Shown here one piece after another: positions 9,588-17,665 of a stretch of DNA of 36,884 nucleotides (position 1 is the first letter of the stretch; each line of letters begins with the position of its first letter). Below the pieces are notes generated by a model. The model had not been told where the DNA came from, made no database searches, and was given only the letters and a program-made list of their open reading frames with translations. The stretch is from Chloroflexota bacterium (lineage in GTDB: Bacteria; Chloroflexota; Dehalococcoidia; Lucifugimonadales; JACQOS01): NCBI GenBank assembly GCA_016202425.1, contig JACQOS010000210.1, positions 1-36,884 of the forward strand, in the 5' to 3' direction. Made by a program: the position numbers and the translations under genes.

Positions 9588-9797
9588 CTAGCGCATCCGC
9601 GGGAGGTGGGCCGCCCCGTTGGTGATGGGCTCGTTGATGTAGACGTCTCCGTTGCGGATCTTGATGTTGAAGCCACAGGAGGGATTCGTGCAGACCCAGG
9701 CCTTGTAGTGGATGGGAGCCCCCTGACCGCCGAAGTCGGAAAGGGGTACCAGGTCCCCCGCCGTGCATTTCTGACATTTGGGAAGTGTCGCCTCCAC
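9588..9797 (-). CDS. Small Zn-ribbon protein (CxxC ... CxxxxC), function unknown
   Basis: GTG start is preceded by GAGGAGG with 5-nt spacing. Four Cys are arranged CQKC ... CTNPSC. Confidence 0.6.
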   Translation of the reverse strand: MEATLPKCQKCTAGDLVPLSDFGGQGAPIHYKAWVCTNPSCGFNIKIRNGDVYINEPITNGAAHLPRMR

Positions 9798-10032
9798 AGA
9801 TACCTCCTCACATACCGTCTTGGAACCCCGCGTAGTCTACCACGGGCGGGGTGGGGACGCAAACCGTCGGTGCCCGCGCTCCATGGGGAGGAACACATCC
9901 TCGGCTGCGCGGTCGCGAAGGTTGTGGCGAGAAGCCCGGTGGATGGGAAACCTCGGAGCGGCGTTGTCAGCCCACCGCCGGTGCTGCTACACTTCCCAGT
10001 GGCCGGACCGGTCTCTTTTCGGAGCTGTGGCC

Positions 10033-11073
10033 ATGCAAATAGCGGAAGGGGTGTTCCAGTTCCAGGTGCCCATGCCCAGGGACCCGCTGGTCCCCGACGG
10101 CGGCCTGCGGTACACGTTTGTCTACGCGGTCAAGGCGCCCCAGGGCTGGGTGCTCATTGATGCCGGCATGAACACCGACGCCGGGTTCCAGGCTCTACGG
10201 AAGCAGCTCTCGGAGGCGGGGGTCCCTCTGCGGGACATCGTTCTGCTCATCGTGACCCACGCTCACCACGACCACGCCGGGCTGGCCAACCGCGTCAAGG
10301 AGGTCACCGGCGCCCGCGTGGCGATGCACCGCCTGGATTCGCCCGGCACCGGCAACCCCTCCCTCTACCATCGAACGTGGGACGCCGAGGCAGCGCGCCG
10401 GTTCCTGGTGAGCCACGGGTTCCCTCCGGAGGAGGCGAAGGAGGCGTCTGAAACGTCCCGAAGGCGGCCGGGCAGCAGCCAGCCCCAACGGGAGCACCGG
10501 CAGTGGGAGCCGCCGCTGGTGGACGTCCGCTATGAAGGAGGAGAGGAGGTCCTGCCGGACTCGGGCCTCTGGGCCAGGTGGACGCCCGGGCACACGGCGG
10601 GTCACCTCTGCGTCCACGATGCCCGGAGGCGGCTGCTGTTCTCGGGCGACCACGTCCTTCCCAGCATCACTCCGCACGTGAGCCTGTCCCCCGGGGAGAA
10701 GGGTGACCCCTTGGGAGCCTTTTTGGAGAGCCTGAGGGGCCTCAGTGGCCTGGACGTGGACATGGTCCACCCGGCCCATGAGCGCTCCTTTCCCGGGCTG
10801 GCGAATCGTGTAGACGAGCTCCTGCGCCATCATGAGCACCGCACCCAGGAGCTGCTGGCCCAGCTTCGGGATGGGCCCAGGACGGCGTACCAGGTCGCGT
10901 CGGGCATTACCTGGAACGTGGCCCCCTGGCGCGATCTGAGGCCCGTCACCCGCCGCATGGCCCTCATGGAGACCCTGGCCCACCTCCAGCACCTCGTGCT
11001 GGGACGAACGGTCCACCGAAGCGACACGGGCGAGACCGTCGCGTTCGGTGCGGCGGGGGGCGGGGCTACCTGA
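10033..11073 (+). CDS. MBL-fold metallo-hydrolase
   Basis: HxHxDH motif (THAHHDHAG) with downstream His/Asp ligands (GHTAGH, SGDH). I start at the internal ATG 10033 (MQIAEGVFQF). The track's upstream extension is Arg-rich and overlaps the divergent promoter region. Confidence 0.85.
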   Translation: MQIAEGVFQFQVPMPRDPLVPDGGLRYTFVYAVKAPQGWVLIDAGMNTDAGFQALRKQLSEAGVPLRDIVLLIVTHAHHDHAGLANRVKEVTGARVAMHRLDSPGTGNPSLYHRTWDAEAARRFLVSHGFPPEEAKEASETSRRRPGSSQPQREHRQWEPPLVDVRYEGGEEVLPDSGLWARWTPGHTAGHLCVHDARRRLLFSGDHVLPSITPHVSLSPGEKGDPLGAFLESLRGLSGLDVDMVHPAHERSFPGLANRVDELLRHHEHRTQELLAQLRDGPRTAYQVASGITWNVAPWRDLRPVTRRMALMETLAHLQHLVLGRTVHRSDTGETVAFGAAGGGAT

Positions 11074-12661
11074 AGGAGACCAGGGCGGCGAAGATGGCCC
11101 TGCCATCGGTGTCCCTGGCCTCGTAGAAGTCGTTCCCCTCGTCGGGCCCCTCTGGGTACAGGGCCCGCAGGTCGTCGGCGAGGCGCGTGTACTCGCCCAG
11201 CAAGACGTAGACCACCTTGCCGCTATGCCGCCGCTCCAGCGTGCCGTCGCCGCCGAACTGCGTCGAGCGGTCCTCGCCGGGCAGGCCCGGCAGCAGGAAC
11301 TGGCGGGTCTCGTAGTTGAAGGACCAGCGGTCGGCGTAGAAGTACACGTAGGCGCCGGAGCCGTGGGCCTTGAGATACTCGATGGCCTTGACGAGGTCGA
11401 AGGCGTAGGTCAGCTTGGCTTGATAGCTAGCAGGCCAGGACACGAAGTAGTAGCTCGCGTTGGTGATGGCGAAGGAGAGCAGGAAGAGTGTCAGGCCAAC
11501 GTTCGCGGAGGCACGCAGAAGCCGCTCCCGGCCCTGACGTTCCCGAGCCCACCCCTTCAGCTTGATGGCCAGGCGTGTGCCCCAGAGAATCGCGGCCTCC
11601 AGGCCCAGGGCGGCGTAGGCCATCATGAAGGGCATGGCCCCCAGGAGGCGTCGCTGCTCCCCCGTGACCGCGAGCATGGGGGGCAGTGAGCCTGCCAGCC
11701 AACCGATGGCCAGGAGCTGGTAGGCGGGCTCTTTCAGGCGGCGCGCCGTCACCACCAGGCCCAGCCAGAAGAAGGCCGAGAGGACCACGCCCATGAGGGG
11801 CCTGCCGCCGGTCCCGTCCACGTAGTCCACGGGCGTCCAGAAATGAAAGAGGAACAGCACCTCCAGGACCCGCAGCATGGTGGCGCCGGCCTTGCCGAGC
11901 ACGCCCGGCGCGTTCTGGAAGAAGGGCTGCTCGAAGAAGGACTCCAGCTTGAGCCGCTGGAGGAACAGCCCGTAGTTCCCCGCGAGGAAGTCCAGGAAGG
12001 GAGCCGCCGCAACTACCGAGAGGAGGAGGAACACCCCGGTGAGCTGCCGGCGGGCGACGGACCGGTCCAGGACGATGCGGGCGAGGCCAAAGGCCCAGAC
12101 GCCCGCGTAGTAGAAGGGGAAGTTCTTGTGGGTGTAGAACCCAAGGCCGAGGAGGATGCCTCCAGCAATGGCGAAGGGCCAGCTCCCTCTCTGCCACGAG
12201 CGGAACAGGCAGGCGAGGCTCAGGAGCAGGAGGAGCACCGCGGGGGCGATGGTCCAGCCCGCGCGGCTGTAGACCAGGTGCCAGAAAGAGAAGGCGATGA
12301 AGGCGCTGGCCGTGAAGGCGACCCTGAAGGAAAAGAGCTGCCGGAGCAACAGGTACGCCGCCGGCACGGTGAGGGTGCCCACCAGGGCCATGGCCAGCCG
12401 CACGGAGAAGACCGAGGGGCCGAAGACCTTGACCAGGAGCGCCGTCCAGTACAGGTGGCCGGTGGGGTGGCCCAACGTGACGCCCGTCCAGATGCCGATC
12501 CACTCGCCCCGGGCGATCCTCGCTGCCTCCATTCCGAAGGCAGCCTCGTCGCCGTGAAACCCTGGGGGGATGGCCTCCAGCCGGTACAGCCTCAGGGCCA
12601 GGGCGACGGCAGTGAGGCCAGTGAGGAGGATGGCCTCCCTAAGGAGAGACCGAGAGGCCAT
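11066..12661 (-). CDS. Glycosyltransferase family 39 (ArnT/PMT-like) polytopic membrane protein
   Basis: Many TM helices and an N-terminal LRLYRLEAIPPGFHGDEAAFG loop typical of GT-C/PMT_2 enzymes. I use the ATG at 12661, since the longer track ORF would overlap pheA. Confidence 0.8.
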   Translation of the reverse strand: MASRSLLREAILLTGLTAVALALRLYRLEAIPPGFHGDEAAFGMEAARIARGEWIGIWTGVTLGHPTGHLYWTALLVKVFGPSVFSVRLAMALVGTLTVPAAYLLLRQLFSFRVAFTASAFIAFSFWHLVYSRAGWTIAPAVLLLLLSLACLFRSWQRGSWPFAIAGGILLGLGFYTHKNFPFYYAGVWAFGLARIVLDRSVARRQLTGVFLLLSVVAAAPFLDFLAGNYGLFLQRLKLESFFEQPFFQNAPGVLGKAGATMLRVLEVLFLFHFWTPVDYVDGTGGRPLMGVVLSAFFWLGLVVTARRLKEPAYQLLAIGWLAGSLPPMLAVTGEQRRLLGAMPFMMAYAALGLEAAILWGTRLAIKLKGWARERQGRERLLRASANVGLTLFLLSFAITNASYYFVSWPASYQAKLTYAFDLVKAIEYLKAHGSGAYVYFYADRWSFNYETRQFLLPGLPGEDRSTQFGGDGTLERRHSGKVVYVLLGEYTRLADDLRALYPEGPDEGNDFYEARDTDGRAIFAALVSFR

Positions 12662-12849
12662 GCTCACGACAATTGAGCCAGGGGCCAACACCGCACGCTC
12701 AGAGTTGCTGGCCAGGAGCCGGGGGCGCCAACGCTTGGGGGCGCATGTCGCGGCTGGCGGCCGGCGTAGGTGGCATGGCGTAGAGGCGCGGGCCGTGACG
12801 CGGCTCCAGGGGTCCCTGAGGTGTTCCTGTGGACAGCGTTCGGGCTCTC

Positions 12850-13680
12850 CTACTGGATGGCGTTCCGGTAGCGGGGGTAGGACCCGAAGACTTTGAAGAA
12901 CGAGACCCGCCTTTGGAGTCCACGGAGGGCCCGCTTCACCACGGGGTCTTCTTTGTGGCCGGCCAGGTCTACCAGAAAGATATATTGCCCCAGGCTCTGC
13001 TTGGTGGGACGGGACTCCACTTTGGCAAGGTTGATGTTGCGTCGAGCGAACTCCCCCAGGGTACGATAGAGAAGCCCGGGGCTGTCCTCGGCGAAAGAGA
13101 AGCAAAGGGAGGTCTTGTCATCCCCGGTGGGCGGATGGTCGGCGTGGCCCAGGACGACGAACCGGGTCGCGTTGGAGGGGTTGTCCTGGATGCCCCGGGC
13201 GAGCACCTCCAGGTGGTACAGCTCCGCGGCTCGGGCTGTCCCTATGGCCGCGGCAGGCTCGCGGGTCTCGTGCACCTGCTGGGCAGCCGCGGAGGTGCTC
13301 AGGGCGGCCACCAGCGAGGCTCCCGGCAGATGGCGCTCCAGAAACTGGCGGCACTGGCCCAGGGCCTGCGGGTGGGAGTAGATGACCCGCACCTCCTGCG
13401 CCCTGGTCCCCGGGCGGACGAGCAGGCAGTGCTCGACGGGGAGCACCAGCTCCTGGCGGATGAAGAGGGAGGAGTCGTGGATGAGCAGGTCCAGGGTGTC
13501 GGTCACCGAGCCCTCCAGGCTGTTCTCTATGGGCACGACACCTTCGTCGGCGGTGCCGGTGGCGACCCCTTGGGCAACGGCCGAGATGGTGGTGCAGGGG
13601 AGGAGCTGGGCCTGCGGGGCGTACCGCAGCGCGGCGGCCTCTGCGAAACTCCCGGCGGGGCCCAAGTAGGCTACGCGCAT
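12850..13680 (-). CDS. pheA: Prephenate dehydratase (PDT plus ACT domains, no chorismate mutase domain)
   Basis: N-terminus MRVAYLGPAGSFAE, TRF motif (NATRFVVLG), ACT region (TSLCFS..PGLLYRTLGEFARRNINLAKVESRP). Start set at the ATG at 13680. Confidence 0.9.
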   Translation of the reverse strand: MRVAYLGPAGSFAEAAALRYAPQAQLLPCTTISAVAQGVATGTADEGVVPIENSLEGSVTDTLDLLIHDSSLFIRQELVLPVEHCLLVRPGTRAQEVRVIYSHPQALGQCRQFLERHLPGASLVAALSTSAAAQQVHETREPAAAIGTARAAELYHLEVLARGIQDNPSNATRFVVLGHADHPPTGDDKTSLCFSFAEDSPGLLYRTLGEFARRNINLAKVESRPTKQSLGQYIFLVDLAGHKEDPVVKRALRGLQRRVSFFKVFGSYPRYRNAIQ

Positions 13681-13892
13681 GCTGTTGAGGGCGATTCTAG
13701 TTGTGCCCCCTTCGGCTGTCAACTCAGCGTGCTCGAGCCGCTGGTGCCGTAGCCGCCGGCGACGCCTCTTGACTGGCAAAAGTACGTGGGGTAGCATCCA
13801 GCTCGGACAGGCCCCGGGGCTCCTCTTGGCCGCTGGGCGGCTGTGGCGGAGCGTGTGCCCGAGGGCGGCGGCTTCCTTGAGGGAGGGGGAAG

Positions 13893-14444
13893 ATGTCCTG
13901 CGGCAAGACCTATCTGACGGACGAGGTAAAGGCGCTGGTTGGAGTCACGGGCGAGCGGGTGCCGGCGTCCTTGTGGGGGATCGAGAGAGAGGGGCTCAGG
14001 CGCTTCTGCCAGGCCCTCATGGACCCGGACCCCCGCTACTGGGACGACCAGTTCGCCCGCACCACGAAGTACGGGGAGACCATCACTCCCGCCATCTACT
14101 GCACCTACCTGGACCGGACACCGCCGGGGGCGGAGGACCCGGTCACCCGGGCCTTTCGGGAGAACCCCGCGTCCGACGGGATAGGGGGCGTCCGGAGGGG
14201 CCGGGGCGCGCTGCCCGACGTGCCCACGGAGCTCAAGCGCATCCTGAACGCGGGCAACGAGATCGAGCTCTACAAGTACCCCCGGCTGGGCGACAACATC
14301 TTCTCTCAGGCCAAGTACGCCAGCATCGCGGAGCGCGTGGGCAGCGATGGCTCTCACATGCTCATCGTCACTGCGGAGACCAGGTACACGGACCAGCAGG
14401 GCCAGTTGCTCTGCATCACCCGCGCTTCGACCATCCGCCGGTAA
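13893..14444 (+). CDS. MaoC_dehydrat_N-type hotdog protein (HadA/HadC-like non-catalytic subunit), paralog 1
   Basis: 183 aa. Conserved block EGLRRFCQALMDPDPRYWDD is shared with the paralog at 15376-15927. RBS gggaggggg upstream. Confidence 0.75.
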   Translation: MSCGKTYLTDEVKALVGVTGERVPASLWGIEREGLRRFCQALMDPDPRYWDDQFARTTKYGETITPAIYCTYLDRTPPGAEDPVTRAFRENPASDGIGGVRRGRGALPDVPTELKRILNAGNEIELYKYPRLGDNIFSQAKYASIAERVGSDGSHMLIVTAETRYTDQQGQLLCITRASTIRR

Positions 14445-14481
14445 GAGCCAAGGGACTGGCCCAGGCGAGGAGGGACGAGCA

Positions 14482-14982
14482 ATGCCAACCGCCGAAGAAC
14501 TGCGCAGCAAGAAGCAGGTGCACTACGATGACGTGAAAGAGGGCCAGGAGATGCCCCCTTACGTCATCGGCCCCATCACGCCCACCCACATCTTCCGGTG
14601 GAGCGCCGCCATCGAGAACTGGCACAGGATCCACTACGACCAGGACTTCGCGGTGTATCACGACGGCCTGCCCAACGTGGTGGCCCAGGGGACCTGGAAG
14701 CAGAGCGTCATGCCCCAGTACCTGAAGGACCTCTGCTTGCCCGATGGCTGGGCATGGAAGGTCTCCTTTCAGCACCGGGCGATGATCGTGCCCGGGGATA
14801 CGCTGACCTGCCACGCCAAGGTGACCAAGAGGTACGTGAAAGAGGGGCTCGGGTTCGTTGAGCTGGAGGTAGGCATGAAGAACCAGGACGACGTCGAGAC
14901 GTGCCCCGGGTCGGGCACCATCGTGCTGCCCCTGCGAGGCGGCCGGCCTGTGCCCTATCCTTTCGTTCCGCCCAAGGAGTAG
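14482..14982 (+). CDS. MaoC-like hotdog-fold protein (HadB-like position) with a deviant hydratase-2 motif
   Basis: Sequence ..FRWSAAIENWHRIHYDQDFA.. aligns to the hydratase-2 motif G-D-x-N-P-[LIV]-H-x5-[AS] through I-H-x5-A. It has E-N where G-D is expected. Start set at ATG 14482. Confidence 0.7.
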   Translation: MPTAEELRSKKQVHYDDVKEGQEMPPYVIGPITPTHIFRWSAAIENWHRIHYDQDFAVYHDGLPNVVAQGTWKQSVMPQYLKDLCLPDGWAWKVSFQHRAMIVPGDTLTCHAKVTKRYVKEGLGFVELEVGMKNQDDVETCPGSGTIVLPLRGGRPVPYPFVPPKE

Positions 14983-15044
14983 GGGAGTCCCCGGAAGCCC
15001 ATGTTCGCCGGGGCGGGGATGGGCCCGCCCTCGAAAGGAGCGCA

Positions 15045-15317
15045 ATGCCACGCTGGCTCGCCATTGGAACGGCCCCAGGTTGGGATGACCCCAAGAAGTT
15101 CCGGGCTGAACTGGACGACACACGCGAGTGGCGCGTAGACCCAAGGACGACCGTCACCACCGTCTATGCCCTGGGCGACGGCCGGCTGCTGGCCGAATGC
15201 CACGGGACGAGGCAGGAGGACTTCGAGGCCTGGCTGAAGAAGAAGGGCTGGAAGGTGGAGACCGTTCAGCCTATCAAGCTCCTGGCCAAGACGGGAAGCA
15301 TCTGGGAGGTCCGTTAG
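15045..15317 (+). CDS. Small (90 aa) hypothetical protein embedded in the hotdog cluster
   Basis: ATG at 15045 is preceded by gaaaggag. No motif I can name with confidence. GC and codon style match the neighbours. Confidence 0.5.
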   Translation: MPRWLAIGTAPGWDDPKKFRAELDDTREWRVDPRTTVTTVYALGDGRLLAECHGTRQEDFEAWLKKKGWKVETVQPIKLLAKTGSIWEVR

Positions 15318-15375
15318 TACAGGCTGGCCGTCGCGGAAGCGAGGTCGACAAGACTCTTCGAGGGGAGCTGAGAGC

Positions 15376-15927
15376 ATGGCCACCGCAGTCACCAAGCTGA
15401 CACCTGAGGTCAAGGCGATGGTGGGGGTGCAGGGCGAGTTCGTCGAGGCCTCCTGGTGGGTGGTGGAGAAAGAGGGGCTCAGGCGTTTCTGCCAGGCCCT
15501 CATGGACCCGGACCCCCGCTACTGGGACGATGAGTTCGCCAGGACTACCCGCTACGGGGAGGTCGTCGCACCCCATATCTACGTGAGCTACCTGGGCCGG
15601 ACATCTCCCTCAGCAGGGGACCCCGTCAGCCGGGCCTTCAAAGAGGACCCGGTGTCCGATGGCATCGGCGGGGTGTGGGAGGCCCGCGGCGGCCTGCCCA
15701 ACGTGCCCACCGACCTGAAGCGGATCCTCAACGCCGGGAACGAGCTGGAGGTCTACCAGCTCCCCACCCTGGGCGACCGCATTTACTGCCAGTCCAGGTA
15801 CGCCAGCATCGCGGAGCGGACCGGCACGGACGGCAGCCCCATGCTCATCGTCACCACGGAGACGGCCTACTACAACCAGAGGGGCGATCTCCTCTGCGTC
15901 ACCCGCGCCTCCGCCATCCGCCGGTAG
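15376..15927 (+). CDS. MaoC_dehydrat_N-type hotdog protein, paralog 2
   Basis: Same length (183 aa) as 13893-14444 and collinear with it. By eye roughly two thirds of positions are identical. Confidence 0.75.
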   Translation: MATAVTKLTPEVKAMVGVQGEFVEASWWVVEKEGLRRFCQALMDPDPRYWDDEFARTTRYGEVVAPHIYVSYLGRTSPSAGDPVSRAFKEDPVSDGIGGVWEARGGLPNVPTDLKRILNAGNELEVYQLPTLGDRIYCQSRYASIAERTGTDGSPMLIVTTETAYYNQRGDLLCVTRASAIRR

Positions 15928-15983
15928 CCCCCCGGACGTCGCCACCCCGCTCATGGTTGGTTAAGCGAGGCATATTGCTAGAA

Positions 15984-16134
15984 GCTACTCGGGAAACCCT
16001 CACCCCCTGTACCCCCTCTCCCTTGCCAAGGGAGAGGGGGAAGAAAAGATAGCTGGGGGACACCCCCAGACCCCCGCCTGAGGGGGTCACAGCCCCCCTC
16101 TGGACTCCCCCGATAACGTATTTCCGAACCACTC
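15984..16134 (+). repeat. Modular palindromic intergenic element (MITE/REP-like), copy A
   Basis: Near-identical to 26551-26695 over gcta(c/t)tcgggaaaccctcaccccctgt..ctctcccttgccaagggagaggggg aagaaaagatagctgggggacacccccagaccc ... tatttccgaaccact. Contains hairpins ctctccctt-gccaagggagag and ctggggg-a-cacccccag. Sits between two convergent genes. Confidence 0.85.
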
Positions 16135-16440
16135 CTAGTCATTGCCTCCTGGAGAGTCTAGATGCTGCAAGACAGCAGACAAGGTTTCAGCATCGAATCC
16201 GAGTGCATCGCCCAACTGGACTATGCCTTGAAAGAACTCTGGGAACAACTCCTTGCGGAACGTTACGCCCTTCTTGGATGGCCTGAATCCTTGGCCAGAT
16301 TGGTAGAAGAGTCTGACATCAATGTAGCTGAAGCCTCGGTACTCGTTAAGACTGATTCTTATCTGCTCACGATTATTCTTGGAGAACACGTGGACAGGCA
16401 CGCCGAACTCGTCAGGTTCAGCCATATCTCGCTGTTCCAT
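16135..16440 (-). CDS. PC4/Sub1-like (YdbC-type) ssDNA-binding domain protein
   Basis: EQIRISLNEYRGFSYIDVRLFYQSGQGFRPSKKGVTFRKELFPEF follows the PC4 core pattern (x-V-S-x-F-K-G-x-x-IDIR-x-Y ... P-x-[KR]KG-[IV]-[ST]). The likely start is ATG 16440, preceded by GGGAGGGG with 6-nt spacing. The track ORF starts at TTG 16521. Confidence 0.7.
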   Translation of the reverse strand: MEQRDMAEPDEFGVPVHVFSKNNREQIRISLNEYRGFSYIDVRLFYQSGQGFRPSKKGVTFRKELFPEFFQGIVQLGDALGFDAETLSAVLQHLDSPGGND

Positions 16441-16487
16441 ATTGCCCCTCCCGCCGGTTGTTGCCTTGGGCAGTATAATATCCCCAG

Positions 16488-16509
16488 AGCCTGCGCTGCA
16501 GCGCAGGCT
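16488..16509. repeat. Perfect 22-bp palindrome between the DGQHR and PC4-like genes
   Basis: agcctgcgctgcagcgcaggct is its own reverse complement (CTGCAG at the centre). It lies between the stop at 16525 and the ATG at 16440. Confidence 0.9.
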
Positions 16510-16524
16510 TATGGTCTCCAAAAG

Positions 16525-17610
16525 CTACTCTGTCGTGTGACCTGCGGCAACCAGTTCTTCTTCCATAGAATCGGCCAATATGCTGAATCCCTTCATGGAC
16601 CCGGCAAGAGCGGCACCGTCTGCGTTATCCCTTTTCCAAAAATCTTCCGTAGCATACGCACCAAGGTCTTGCAGCACGTTCTGGAAATCGGATTTCCCGG
16701 GATCGCTCACCCCTCGAGCGCGTAGCACCTCCAAAACGTGATAGGCTAGTTGGTGTAAGCTGAATACTCCAGGCGTCTTCAATAGCACGTAGTCCTCCGG
16801 TTGCTGGAACGCACTCGGGATGAGCGCTTCGCACGCCTGCCAGTATGCCTTGAGCACTCGCGCTATGCGGTCGGCCGGCCAGGTACGGTAGGGGCGCTCA
16901 TTCAGGATTGGTTTCAAAGACGTGCTAAAAGAAAGCTCCCTGATCACGTGACTTGACTGCTTACGCACGTTCGGAGGCTGGATACGTCCAACCCAAGGGG
17001 AATCAGCATCCTGGCTTAGACTTCTCATAACGCCGACAGCTACAGCTTCCCAAAGACGCCCAGCCATCCGGACTTCTTGCCGTCCGGACTGTCCGAGGCC
17101 TGATATTCGCATAGCCAGGATGCGCCTAGCTAAGTCCGTACGGACCTTCTTCATCGTCTCGTTGATGACCCTGAACTGATTGGCCTCGTCTTCTAGAGAG
17201 AGGTTCTCCAGAATTACTACCGGCAGCGGGTAATCACGCAAGCGTTCCAGGCCAAGCTCATTGATAGCACGCTGGATACCGTACAAGCGGTGTTGCCCGT
17301 CGACGATCCACAGCGTCCCAGTCTCGGCGATCTCTACAGTCAACCAACCATCTTCGGACGCACCACGACTCAGTGGTCCCCTGTAGCTAAGGAGCACCGA
17401 TGTCGGCAGAAGCGCCTTGGGGCTGGATTGGAGATACCTGGCAACTTTGCCCGTCCGCGCGGTTTCTGGCACCCTCTGGTAGCCCATGTCGACTCCGTTC
17501 TCTTGGCGCCAGACATCCACCTTCGCTATGCTGAGTAGATCACCCACCTTTGCCACCCCGGCATACATTTGTACACCCTCCTGCTTGAACGGATACACTG
17601 CGAGACGCAT
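16525..17610 (-). CDS. DGQHR-domain protein (DndB/DpdB family, ParB/sulfiredoxin fold)
   Basis: TLWIVDGQHRLYGIQRAI (DGQHR motif) is followed by EDEANQFRVINETMKKV, the family's second signature. Length of about 360 aa is typical of DndB-like proteins. RBS GGAGG lies 6 nt before the ATG. GC is markedly lower than the flanks. Confidence 0.85.
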   Translation of the reverse strand: MRLAVYPFKQEGVQMYAGVAKVGDLLSIAKVDVWRQENGVDMGYQRVPETARTGKVARYLQSSPKALLPTSVLLSYRGPLSRGASEDGWLTVEIAETGTLWIVDGQHRLYGIQRAINELGLERLRDYPLPVVILENLSLEDEANQFRVINETMKKVRTDLARRILAMRISGLGQSGRQEVRMAGRLWEAVAVGVMRSLSQDADSPWVGRIQPPNVRKQSSHVIRELSFSTSLKPILNERPYRTWPADRIARVLKAYWQACEALIPSAFQQPEDYVLLKTPGVFSLHQLAYHVLEVLRARGVSDPGKSDFQNVLQDLGAYATEDFWKRDNADGAALAGSMKGFSILADSMEEELVAAGHTTE

Positions 17611-17665
17611 GACAAACCTCCATGTGTATTATTGATCAGCTCTGTCTAGAACTGATCTACTATCT

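Noticed and set aside
11066-11073. There is an 8-bp overlap of the convergent MBL hydrolase and GT39 genes.
   Set aside because: This is a real overlap of 3' ends, but it is common in compact genomes and needs no special mechanism.
12662-13105. N-terminal extensions in the ORF track. Examples: GT39 to 13105, MBL from 9778, pheA to 13797, ABC ATPase to 4086, hyuA from 34464, tauE-like from 18205, DinB2 from 20694, and MaoC from 14347.
   Set aside because: The extensions overlap neighbouring genes or promoters, are Arg/Pro-rich, and precede internal start codons that yield canonical family N-termini. Several of those internal starts have a visible Shine-Dalgarno sequence.
15984-16134. The recurring palindromic repeats could have been a CRISPR array.
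   Set aside because: The copies are kilobases apart, single at each site, in both orientations, about 150 nt long and internally modular. There is no regular repeat-spacer periodicity and no cas genes.
16162-16725. A 187-aa plus-strand ORF spans the PC4/DGQHR junction.
   Set aside because: It is antisense to two ORFs with recognisable domain signatures. It has no RBS or motif of its own and crosses the intergenic palindrome. It is most likely a shadow ORF.
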